From Stegostoma tigrinum (taxonomy: Eukaryota), in assembly GCF_030684315.1 (NCBI RefSeq), contig NC_081397.1, forward strand, positions 14,160,421-14,224,420: a stretch of DNA of 64,000 nucleotides, written 5' to 3'. The first letter of the stretch is position 1, and every line of letters starts with the position of its first letter. The translations under genes were made by a program, and so were the position numbers. Positions 13,626-24,494 of this stretch are shown piece after piece. Under the pieces are notes generated by a model. That model searched no databases, had not been told where the DNA came from, and worked only from the letters and a program-made list of their open reading frames with translations.

Positions 13626-14439
13626 TGAACAATGAGAATGTGTGAGTTATTATCATTCTCTTCTTGTCAGTTACTGCAACGTGAACAAGAGCAACTATTA
13701 ATGTATGCCTTTCCGTTTCTGTTAGGTCCATTTGTGAGTTTCGTAATTGTTGCAAATATACCAGTTTTTGCTGTGTGACTGTGAGACTGAAGTTCTCAAT
13801 CCAAAATAATCAATTTCTTCTCTTGTGCATCAAAATAGTTTTATTATCTGGCCACCAGTGATATTCTGTGACTGTGCTTCAATCTGAGAGAATAGTTATG
13901 AGGCTGTAGAGAGTGAGCCTTAATCCCATTTCCATTTGCGGTTTATGAGCTTTCTGTCAGTCTGAAGGGGTAAGGAGGTGGAGAGCAGATCATATTCCCA
14001 ACAATCTGTGGAAACAGTTGAAGAGTACAAATGTTCTAGAGCAAGTACAATGGGCTGAACGGCCTGCTTCTGACATGTACTTGGTCTGTATTTCTGAGGC
14101 ATTTTCATGAATCCAAGTGTTGGATAGTGCGTCAGTGTAAAGATATCATGTAGAAATGGGCAGACAAGCTTATTTTTCTTTTAAAAAAGCTGGCCCTGTG
14201 AGTCAGTGTAGGCTGTTTCCAGTTTTACTGAGATACTTAGTTTCACTTTGTGTACTGGGATATTGAGTTTTTTTTCATTTATTTATTTGGAGAATTTTAT
14301 TCTGTATCTGACAGACCATGCTGCATTCTCTACTTGTCAGGCTTTGGCAGAGAAAGTGCATTTGCATTTCACATTATTTAATTTCTGTGTCTTTGTATGG
14401 GACATTATTCATCAAAAGATAATTTTAGTCCTAAATAAA

Positions 14440-14660
14440 AACTCAAAAAACTTCAGGTGCTGCAAGTCAGAAACAAAAATGGAATTTGCTGGAAACGCAA
14501 AGCAGGTCTGGCAGCACGTGAAGAGAAATCATGGTTAACTTTTCAAACACTTCCTCAGTTCTGCACAAAGGTCACTGGATCCGAAACATTAATTCTGATT
14601 TCTCTTCACGCATGCTGCCAGGCCTGCTGAGCTTTTCCAGAAAATTCTGTTTTTGTTTAC
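14440..14660. mobile_element. Small fold-back element derived from a Penelope pLTR (family B, CTGAGGA-type hammerhead remnants)
   Basis: Arms 'aaacaaaaatggaatttgctggaaa..gcaggtctggcagca' and 'tgctgccaggcctgctgagcttttccagaaaattctgtttttgttt' are inverted; the centre reads 'ttcctcag..ggtcactggatccgaaacattaa'. Confidence 0.7.
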
Positions 14661-14762
14661 TATTTCTGTCCTCAGTCACTGATAAACATCACAAGTTTCC
14701 TTCTATATTTGTACTCAATACCTACTCCATATATGGTCATTGTAACAACTTGATCTGTTTGT

Positions 14763-14965
14763 ATCAGAGATAAATGGGAACTGCAGATGCTGGAGAATCC
14801 GAGGTAACAAGGTGTGGAGCTGGATGAAGGCAGCAGGCCAAGCAGCATCTCAGGAGCAGGAAAGCTGATATTTCGGGCCTAAGCTTTTCATCAGAAACAT
14901 CAGCTCTCCTGCTCCTATGCTGCTGCTTGGCCTGTTGTGTTCATCCAGCTCTAATCCTGGTGATC
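14763..14965. mobile_element. Small fold-back element derived from a Penelope pLTR (family A)
   Basis: Matches the pLTR end of the 21731-24598 element in both orientations; hammerhead remnant 'tttcgggcctaagcttttcatcag'. Confidence 0.75.
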
Positions 14966-15779
14966 AGGTTGTATACCTGGATTATAACTATAAAAATACC
15001 CTCACTTAATGTGAATTCAATGTAGTTATTGAGAGTATATTTGTGACATAAATTCAATCTCTTCTCTTCAAATGCTGTGAATGACAATGGGCTGTCAAAG
15101 ATAAACTTTACTGGAACTGGGCTAGTTTATATTGAGAAGAGAAAAAAAGGTTACATTTGTATTTTGTTGGTGGCATTTGATCGCTGGTTTGATTGTTTCT
15201 TTCTGGAAATTGCGTTCAATGCGAGTCTTACTTAAACCGCGACTGTGGAAAGGACATTCTCCGCTCTGACAGTGGGAACAGACCTGCTGTTAGTAGGAGC
15301 AGCTAGTCACACTTGGTGTTGCACCACGGAAATGTGACATTGATTGGTACATCAGATAATTGCCTGGAGAAAGGCAAAAGAGAATTCTCCCATAAATCGA
15401 CATCCACCGAGTTTCAAAATATCAAAGCTCATAAATAGAAAATTTCGTGAATACTCATGATAATTCCTTGTTTTAAAGCCAACGAGTCGAACAGAAAAGG
15501 GTCCGGTTACACAACTAACCCGGGTTCCTCCTCTTTCTTTTAGCGAAATTCTAAAACAATTTACTAAGATACAAAAGCTAACCAGATCCACGAATGGAAT
15601 GCTTACACGGTTCAATATTCAGCTCCCAATACACGAACTATCGAAGGGAAGCACAACAGGCACGATTTCAAATATTTTGCTGGAAACTCTTAATCCGGTG
15701 ACTGCCATATTTCTCCTTCGCGGGATGAGCCCGTTTGCACACACTGCTTTGTTTTATTCACGGTTCAATGCAAACTCGC

Positions 15780-16300
15780 AACTAACAGCGTGAAACAGCA
15801 GCCAAACAATGAATTTCCATCAGTGTTTAGAAGACTAAAAGCTACAAGCCTGACCCCCAGCAGCAGCTTCTTGCCGCTGTGTCTCCCTCAGCAGGCCCAC
15901 ACACAGCCCGAGAAAGGCCTCCCTCTCCCCGCCCCCAGGCCGCTCACTCCAAGTTCCGGGACCAGTTCCTGCTCCGCTCCGCCTCTTACCAACAGCCCCC
16001 GGTTCTCCCTGAACTGAGCCCGAATCAATGGCAGTCTCGGAGCCCACTCTGTGTCCCAGACTCACACCTCGATGCGCTGCTGGAAGGAGCCTGCTGTTCC
16101 CTCGCTTCCCTGGGCGCTGGTCTCTCCATTGCGGCCTGTTTCAAACAAACCTCTCCCACTCACTGACTCAATGCCCCTCAATAGCGGCTCAGCGGAAAGC
16201 TTCACGCATGCGCTCCTCTGGTCAGCAACAAGCAGCTTTTTTCGGGGTGGGGATTGCAAGGATCACGCATGCGCTGCTTTCCCCGCTGTGTCCCAGAAAC
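15780..16300 (-). promoter_or_regulatory. CpG-rich promoter-like block with GC box and two NRF1-like CGCATGCG sites, apparently firing away from H1
   Basis: ccccgccccc at ~15927; cacgcatgcgc at ~16203 and ~16265; GTGAGT donor-like site on the minus strand at 16158-16163. Confidence 0.5.
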
Positions 16301-17399
16301 AAACATCAATTGGTTACTTCCCCAATTCCCTTTCCTCCCAGTTTAAGCAAAGCGAATGGAGGCTGTGGGGGAAATGGCATGAAATATTTCAAACTGGGGC
16401 ATTGGCCCTTTGTGAAGCTCCAATGGAGCTCTTTCCCGGGTCATGTTAATATCTGCCTCCCCCCGGCTTTCTCACAATCTGGTCGGGAAGCGGAGAAGCT
16501 GGCAGCCGTTCGGCCAATTTAATATTCTCGACTATTCAATAAAATCACGTCCGATCTCATGTTAACTTAGATATTTAATTCTGCTGGCCTTCGTCCCATA
16601 TTGACTCTGTCAAGGTAACACAGAGCGATGGAATAAATGCGACATTATTACGAAGGCAGAATGTAACTGCTGTGGGGTGTCTTGCAGCGCAGAGGTAGTT
16701 TCCCTATTTCTGGGTCAGGTGGGCCGTGCTAAAGCCACACCCGGACCAGAGGTGAGTAATAATATCCCTGGGCCCGATGCAAATACCAGTTTAGAACTGA
16801 TGACTGATTTTATTCTCAGTATGCTGCAGGCAGAAACCTTGTGATGAATGGGTTCCCGCAACGAATGACCCACCTGTTTTTTCTGGTTTGCGCATTCCTG
16901 GGAAGAGGACGTCTCTGCCATTGTCCAGCATTTATTGCGGGCCCCGAGTTGCCCCCATTGAGAAGTTGGTGCTGAGCCACCTTCTGAGATAGTTCTGGTC
17001 CCTGTGCTGCCCACATTGCAGTTCACAGGTAGTTCCAGGGTCTTGATTCAGAGACAGTGAAGGCAAGGGGACGTATTTCCAAGTTAGGATTGTGGGTGAT
17101 TGGAGGGGAACGTGCCGAGTATCAAGGTGGTGTTCCTCCACATCAGCTGCCCAAGCCCTTTTAAATGGATATATTCGTGAGTATGGATGGTGGTCTTTTT
17201 AACAGTCTACAAAACTGTCATTTTAGAGGGCTGTTTAACACCGTTTTTGAAATTTGAGAAGACATTCACTGGTATTTGCAGAGTATGTAAGGCTCGAGCC
17301 ATCTAGGAAGGATGGATAGGGGTCAAGATCCAAAACGTCAGCTTTCCTGTCACTAAGATGCTGCTTGACCTGCTGGGTTCATTCAGTTCCACACCGTGG

Positions 17400-17775
17400 A
17401 TAGGCTGGGACTTTTTTTCACTGGAGAGTGGGATGTTGTGAAGTCACCTTCTCACAGTTTGTAAAATACTGATGGGGTGAGACAGAGTTAATGGTCGTTG
17501 AACTTTGCTTGGGATGGAGGGAATAGAAAACCAGGGCGGACATTTTAATGTTACAGGCGAGAGATTTTTTAAAAAAAGACACGAGGGGCGTTTTTTAAAC
17601 ATAGAATAAACTACCTGTCGAAATGGTCTACGTGGCTATAATTACATTAAAACGACATTTGGAGAAGTGCATAAACACGACAGTTTTGAAAAGAAATAGG
17701 TCAGGGACAGAGAGATGGAACTAATTCAATTTGGTATTATACTCGGCCTCTACTGTTTGGACTGAACGGTCTGTA
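17400..17775 (+). mobile_element. CR1 LINE 3' end (old)
   Basis: The mirror copy ORF 40877-41131 reads 'MWNKLPVEMVD..IMTLKRHLEK'; tail 'ctgtatgactctatg'. Confidence 0.65.
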
Positions 17776-18604
17776 TCCTCACTGTATGACTCTATGGGAG
17801 AAAAAAACAGAGACAGGCCATTGAGTTGGATGATCTGCCATTTTCATGGTGAGCGGGAGGAGAGGTTTGAAGGGCTGATAGGTGTTATTTGCCCAGTTGC
17901 TATTCTTTACGTTTATATGAGTGTGATTCCCAGAAACGATGTTGAGTATTGTCACTGCAATGAAAAAAAAACTGATCTCGGTGATCAATGTAACTTCAAA
18001 CCAGATGAGTGGCTCTTGCAGCTGAATATGCAGCAGAACGAATCTCCGGCGCACAGACCTCGGAGAGTTTCACAATTACTGAGGAGAAAAACTACAACTA
18101 ATTCCCTGGGTACCGGAGCACAGGCTGAAAGGGGGAGAAAGTACATCCTTCCACAGGTACATTTAGAGATATTTCTGGCCTGTGACTGTGTGGATGTGAA
18201 TATTGAGTCAGAGAGACTGTAGGAAAAGGGCGGGCGGGTGAGTCACACGTAAATGTGCTTGTGTGTCCGCTCATATCATGATATTTCCACGTCTCTCTTG
18301 TGCAAATCAAAAAGATTTTCATTTCAAATCATCCCCCTGCTCCTCCACTAAACCTCAAAGATAGAATTCAAGGCAATATATTTGTTGATTTCAAGATTTC
18401 AGTCTAAAAATGATGATAATGCCAGCGCTCAGCTCAGACAGCGCGATCAGTGCAGCAGCAAAATGCGGTAAAATCGACAACGGAGCCGTCAATTCGAGTG
18501 AAAACCTTTCAGCCGCAAACCTTCCCGTGTCAGGGTCAGGAACGATCGAGCCTGGCTCTCTGGAGATGCGGAATTGCAGAGGAATTGCAGAGTTTCTGCC
18601 GAGA

Positions 18605-18685
18605 GAGAAACACAGACAGGCAGCAGGAGCAGGGAGCTGAGGGCAGGTTGTCTCCGCGCCGTCCGCTCGCTGCCTTTAAGTTGCT
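18605..18685 (+). promoter_or_regulatory. H1 promoter: AC box (AAACACA), GC-like box, CGCCGTCCGC element, weak TATA (TTTAAG)
   Basis: AAACACA at 18608-18614 is the established H1-specific element; the same motifs are present in the second H1 copy. Confidence 0.7.
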
Positions 18686-18760
18686 CAGTGCCGCCACCAG
18701 CAGTTTCATTGCTGACCCAGTTCAGTTTGACAGAGAGAGATTCAGCGCAGAGTTCCCGAC

Positions 18761-19384
18761 ATGAGCGACAGTGCAGCCGCCGAAACGGCTCCTCCAGCCT
18801 CCGCCAACACCAAACCCAAGTCTCCAAAGAAGAAGAAGGCGGCTGCTCCCAGGAAGAAACCAGCCGGTCCCGGGTTGGGCGAGCGGATTGTGAAGATTGT
18901 CGGGGAGAACAGCGATCGGAAGGGGACGTCTCTGGTCGCTATAAAGAAGGCGCTGCAGAGAAGCGGGGTCAATGTGGAGAAGCAAAATGCACAGATCAGG
19001 ATGGCTGCCAAGAGGTGCCTGGCGAAAGGCTCCCTGGTTCTGGTGAAGGGCCAGGGCGTCTCCGGCTCCTTCAAACTCGCAAAGAATCCAGTCAAGGCAA
19101 AAGTGGGAAAGAAGGCGAGACCAGCAGCAGCCGTGAAGAAAACAACGGCCAGGAAGGTGGCAGCGAAGAAATCCCCAGCCAAGAAAGCAACAGGCAAGAA
19201 AGCGGGCGGCAAGAAGGCAGCAACGCCAAAGAAAGCGGCGAAGAAAGCAGCGCCGAAGAAAAAGACTCCCGTGAAGAAGGTGATGAAGACCAAGAGCCCC
19301 AAGGCCGCAAAGCCGGCCCCGAAATCGAGGAAACCGAAGGCCAAGCCCAAAGCGAAAGTGACCAAGAAAGCAGCAAAGAAATGA
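18761..19384 (+). CDS. H1: Histone H1 (linker histone), 207 aa
   Basis: N-terminal 'AETAPPA', globular domain ending 'KGQGVSGSFKL', K/A/P-rich tail with S/TPxK motifs; intronless; stem-loop downstream. Confidence 0.97.
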   Translation: MSDSAAAETAPPASANTKPKSPKKKKAAAPRKKPAGPGLGERIVKIVGENSDRKGTSLVAIKKALQRSGVNVEKQNAQIRMAAKRCLAKGSLVLVKGQGVSGSFKLAKNPVKAKVGKKARPAAAVKKTTARKVAAKKSPAKKATGKKAGGKKAATPKKAAKKAAPKKKTPVKKVMKTKSPKAAKPAPKSRKPKAKPKAKVTKKAAKK

Positions 19385-19420
19385 AGCAGTCCGTGCAACG
19401 TGTAACGACCTGAACCCAAA

Positions 19421-19460
19421 GGCTCTTCTCAGAGCCACCACATCATTCAGGAGAGAGCTG
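19421..19460 (+). terminator. Histone 3' stem-loop (GGCTCT-TCTC-AGAGCC) plus purine-rich U7 downstream element
   Basis: Hairpin 19421-19436 flanked by CCAAA/ACCA; 'gagagagctg' at 19451-19460. Confidence 0.93.
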
Positions 19461-20454
19461 AGCCCGGATCAAATGATCCCTGTCCTAGCTCCGAGTGCAG
19501 GAATAAATTAGACACTAATTTATGTGAATAACTGTTCCGTATTTACCTACCGGATTTACACTCAGCCCCTCTTCCATACTCTACAATAACTCTGAGGTCC
19601 TGCTCACGCTGACCATAGGCTCTAGTGCTTTGTCAGTCTGCTTTTCACACATGCAGGGAGAGTCTCAAAGAGTCAAACACAGGCTCTGAAACCCCTCTTC
19701 ACCACACAATCCTCAAGAAATGATTTTGTCTCATTCAGCTGGGGGAATAGAAACTGACGTAGAAATGGAAGCAACCATGTTGTCTTGTTAAGAAAGGCCG
19801 GATTATGGGCGTTTAATTGTATCACAACTGCTTTGAAAAAAAAGGTCCCTGTTTTTATCTGCTTCGAACATGAAGCTCGAGACCGCAGCTCTTTTTGCCG
19901 AAAATTGTGTTCACTGCATTGTGGAGAATAGTTTTATTTACAGATCCAGTTGGGGGCTGGAGTTAACATATATTGCTGTATTTGTATTTCATTAACCGTT
20001 ACAGGAATGGTATTTCGTTCAGTTTTGATTCTGGGACAACTGTGGAAGTTTTAATTCACTTTCCATCAGCCTGTTGCAGGAAGCAACGCCAAATTATCTT
20101 GGGACTAATTATAACCTCGGTGAAAGTTAGATGTGCCGCTAAATTGAGTTTGTGTAACTTTATTCGTTACACTGTGTTACACCATATTAGCTTTTAAAAT
20201 GCTTTATTCGGCGGTGTTTAGATGCATTAACGGTAGTTACAAGTTCGGTTCATTAGTTTGTCCGACTGTATTACACGCCCTCCCCCTTTCCTCACGCCTG
20301 TTACAGACAGATGAGGCAATCCTGTCGTCCTGTCTCCGCTGATGTAGATTTTATTCAAAAAACTTAGTTTGCAAAGTACACGATTTGATCGGAGTCGGAC
20401 TTCATTAAACCTTTTAAATATTTACCTTGAACTCAGGATCGCGAGGATAAAATC

Positions 20455-20625
20455 GGCGGGCTTTTTGAAAGAGACCAACTGTCATTTCAAATTAACCAAT
20501 CAGACTCCAAAAAATATTTTTCTGCCTTTTCTGTCCCTTCCGGAGCTGTTTCTCAGGGGATTGAGGGACGGGACTGTATCCAATCCCAGCTCTAGGGCGG
20601 GCTCTCCATCCCCTTAAATAGGCAG
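20455..20625 (+). promoter_or_regulatory. H3 promoter (CCAAT boxes, GC box, TTAAATA TATA variant)
   Basis: ccaat at 20496 and 20580, gggcggg at 20595, ttaaata at 20614; ggcgggctttttgaaa at 20455. Confidence 0.7.
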
Positions 20626-20654
20626 CGCAGCAGCGGCGTCGGCATTGACAGTAG

Positions 20655-21089
<435 letters not shown>

Positions 21090-21133
21090 ACGGAGCGTGC
21101 CCGGCCCTGCACATTCACCCCGAGAAACACAAC

Positions 21134-21171
21134 GGCTCTTTTCAGAGCCACTAAACTGTCCCGAGAGAGCA
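21134..21171 (+). terminator. Histone stem-loop plus downstream element (H3)
   Basis: GGCTCTTTTCAGAGCC at 21134-21149; 'gagagagc' at ~21163. Confidence 0.93.
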
Positions 21172-21793
21172 GCAATCGATTGGCAATGTTGGTTACTTTA
21201 TTATCGCTCAGTTTTTTTCTGCTGTTGTATTGTGTCGTTTCGTCTGTTATTAAACAATTTCAATCTGGCCGAGAAGTGGATTTGTCACGTTAATTGGAAG
21301 ACAAAACGGACATTGCTGTGGGGAAGATATAAATTGATGGCAGTACATAATTGAAGCCTCCCAGTGTGCTGGAGATTTGAGTGACAGGAAAGCACCTCCC
21401 TGCCTCTGCTTCCCTTGTTGTTACCCCACTCTAACTGAACAGGGCTGGGAAGGTGGGCGGGAGAAATAATTGGCGCCAAATCATCAACCACTTTATTTCA
21501 AATCTGTAAAACCCGCCAATATGTAGGGGGTTCAGACCAGACATCACACTTTCCCTCAGGCCCCAGCCTGTTTCGGTTGATGCTATTCGGAGCAAAACCG
21601 GAAGTTGCTGAAACAGCTCAGCAGGTCTGGCAACATCTCTGAAGAAGAAAAAAAATCAGAGCTAAGTTTTCGGGTCGCGTGAGCTTTCCTCAGAACTGCA
21701 AGGGTCGCCGGAGCTGAAACGTTAACTCTGGATAATAAAATGTGAGGCTGGATGAACACAGCAGGCCAAGCAGCATCTCAGGAGCACAAAAGC

Positions 21794-21824
21794 TGACGTT
21801 TCGGGCCCAGACCCTTCATCAGAG
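21794..21824 (-). ncRNA. Minimal type I hammerhead ribozyme motif in Penelope pLTR
   Basis: Minus strand reads CTGATGA-AGGGTCTGGGCCC-GAAA-CG-TC. Confidence 0.7.
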
Positions 21825-24462
21825 AGGGGGATGGGGGGAGGGAACTGGAATAAATAGGGAGAGAGGGGGAGGCGGACCGAAGATGGAGAGTAAAGAAGAT
21901 AGGTGGAGAGAGTATAGGTGGGGAGGTAGGGAGGGGATAGGTCAGTCCAGGGAAGACGGACAGGTCAAGGAGGTGGGATGAGGTTAGTAGGTAGCTGGGG
22001 GTGCGGCTTGGGGCGGGAGGAAGGGATGGGTGAGAGGAAGAGCCGGTTAGGGAGGCAGAGACAGGTTGGACTGGTTTTGGGATGCAGTGGGTGGGGGGGA
22101 AGAGCTGGGCTGGTTGTGTGGTGCAGTGGGGAGAGGCGACGAACTAGGCTGGTTTAGGGATGCAGTAGGGGAAGGGGAGATTTTGAAACTGGTGAAGTCC
22201 ACATTGATACCATATGGCTGCAGGGTTCCCAGGCAGAATATGAGTTGCTGTTCCTGCAACCTTCGGGTGGCATCATTGTGGCAATGCAGGAGGCCCATGA
22301 TGGACATGTCATCTAGAGAATGGGAGGGGGAGTGGAAATGGTTTGCAACTGGGAGGTGCAGTTGTTTGTTGCGAACTGAGCGGAGGTGTTCTGCAAAGCG
22401 GTCCCCAAGCCTCCGCTTGGTTTCCCCAATGTAGAGGAAGCCACACCGGGTACAGTGGATGCAGTATACCACATTGGCAGATGTGCAGGTGAACCTCTGC
22501 TTAATGTGGAATGTCATCTTGGGGCCTGGGATGGGGGTGAGGGAGGAGGTGTGGGGACAAGTGTAGCATTTCCTGCAGTTGCAGGGGAAGGTGCTGGGTG
22601 TGGTGGGGTTGGAGGGCAGTGTGGAGCGAACAAGGGAGTCACGGAGAGAGTGGTCTCTCCGGAACGCAGACAGGGGAGGGGATGGAAAAATGTCTTGGGT
22701 GGTCGGGTCGGATTGGAAATGGCGGAAGTGTCGGAGGATAATGCGTTGTACCCGGAGGTTGGTAGGGTGGTGTGTGAGAACGAGGGGGATCCTCTTGGGG
22801 CGGTTGTGGCGGGGGCGGGGTGTGAGGGATGTGTCGCGGGAGACGCGGTCAAGGGCGTTCTCGATCACCGTGGGGGGAAAGTTGCGGTCCTTGAAGAACT
22901 TGGACATCTGGGATGTGCGGGAGTGGAATGTCTTATCGTGGGAGCAGATGCGGCGGAGGCGGAGGAATTGGGAATAGGGGATGGAATTTTTGCAGGAGGG
23001 TGGGTGGAGGAGGTGTATTCTAGGTAGCTGTGGGAGTCGGTGGGCTTGAAATGGACATCAGTTACAAGCTGGTTGCCTGAGATGGAGACTGAGAGGTCCA
23101 GGAAGGTGAGGGATGTGCTGGAGATGGCCCAGGTGAACTGAAGGTTGGGGTGGAAGGTCATCTCCAGCACATCCCTCACCTTCCTGGACCTCTCAGTCTC
23201 CATCTCAGGCAACCAGCTTGTAACTGATGTCCATTTCAAGCCCACCGACTCCCACAGCTACCTAGAATACACCTCCTCCCACCCACCCTCCTGCAAAAAT
23301 TCCATCCCCTATTCCCAATTCCTCCGCCTCCGCCGCATCTGCTCCCACGATAAGACATTCCACTACCGCACATCCCAGATGTCCAAGTTCTTTAAGGACC
23401 GCAACTTTCCCCCCACGGTGATCGAGAACGCCCTTGACCGCGTCTCCCGCATTTCCCGTGACACATCCCTCACACCCCACAACCGCTCCAAGAGGATCCC
23501 CCTCGTTCTCACACACCACCCTACCAACCTCCGGATACAACGCATTATCCTCCGACACTTCCGCCATTTACAATCCGACCCCACCACCCAAGACATTTTT
23601 CCATCCCCTCCCCTGTCTGCTTTCCGGAGAGACCACTCTCTCCGTGACTCCCTTGTTCGCTCCACACTGCCCTCCAACCCCACCACACCCGGCACCTTAC
23701 CCTGCAACCGCAGGAAATGCTACACTTGTCCCCACACCTCCTCCCTCACCCCCATCCCAGGCCCCAAGATGACATTCCACATCAAGCAGAGGTTCACCTG
23801 CACATCTGCCAATGTGGTATACTGCATCCACTGTACCCGGTGCGGCTCCCTCTACATTGGGGAAACCAAGCGGAGACTTGGGGACCGCTTTGCAGAACAC
23901 CTCCGCTCAGTTCGCAACAAACAACTGCACCTCCCAGTCGCAAACCATTTCCACTCCCCCTCCCATTCTCTTGATGACATGTCCATCATGGGCCTCCTGC
24001 ACTGCCACAATGATGCCACCCAAAGGTTGCAGGAACAGCAACTCACATTCCGCCTGGGAACCCTGCAGCCATATGGTATCAATGTGGACTGCACCAGTTT
24101 CAAAATCTCCCCTTCCCCTACTGTATCCCTAAACCAGCCCAGTTCATCCCCTCCCCCCACTGCACCACACAACCAGCCCAGCTCTTCCCCCCCCACCCAC
24201 TGCATCCCAAAACCAGTCCAACCTGTCTCTGCCTCCCTAACCGGTTCTTCCTTTCACCCGTCCGTTCCTCCCACCCCAAGCCGCACCCCCAGCTACCTAC
24301 TAACCTCATCCCACCTCCTTGACCTGTCCGTCTTCCCTGGACTGACCTATCCCCTCCCTACCTCCCCACCTACACTCTCTCCACCTATCTTCTTTACTCC
24401 CCATCTTCGGTCCGCCTCCCCCTCTCTCCCTATTTATTCCAGTTCCCTCCCCCCATCCCCCT

Positions 24463-24494
24463 CTCTGATGAAGGGTCTAGGCCCGAAACGTCAG
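24463..24494 (+). ncRNA. Minimal type I hammerhead ribozyme motif in Penelope pLTR
   Basis: CTGATGA-AGGGTCTAGGCCC-GAAA-CG-TC; core boxes intact, stem II GGG/CCC, very short palindromic stem III. Confidence 0.72.

Larger units (their letters stand above)
1..19500 (+). repeat. Left arm of large inverted segmental duplication (partner ~39015-59066); probably continues left of the window
   Basis: Base 1 'caactgcaatactggcattt' is the reverse complement of 59047-59066. Mirrored ORF pairs run along the arm: 1506-1913/57166-57777, 2103-2378/56701-56976, 7516-7965/51845-52294, 12175-12396/47459-47680, H1 18761/39967. Confidence 0.95.

Noticed and set aside
16660-17190. tRNA-like head and SINE/LINE tail fragments (also ~11890-12400)
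   Set aside because: Probably old SINE/LINE remnants; too decayed to call a tRNA gene or assign a family
18574-19441. Long overlapping and antisense ORFs over H1 (225-279 aa; also 39190-40154)
   Set aside because: By-products of Lys/Ala codon bias and high GC that suppress stop codons; low-complexity translations
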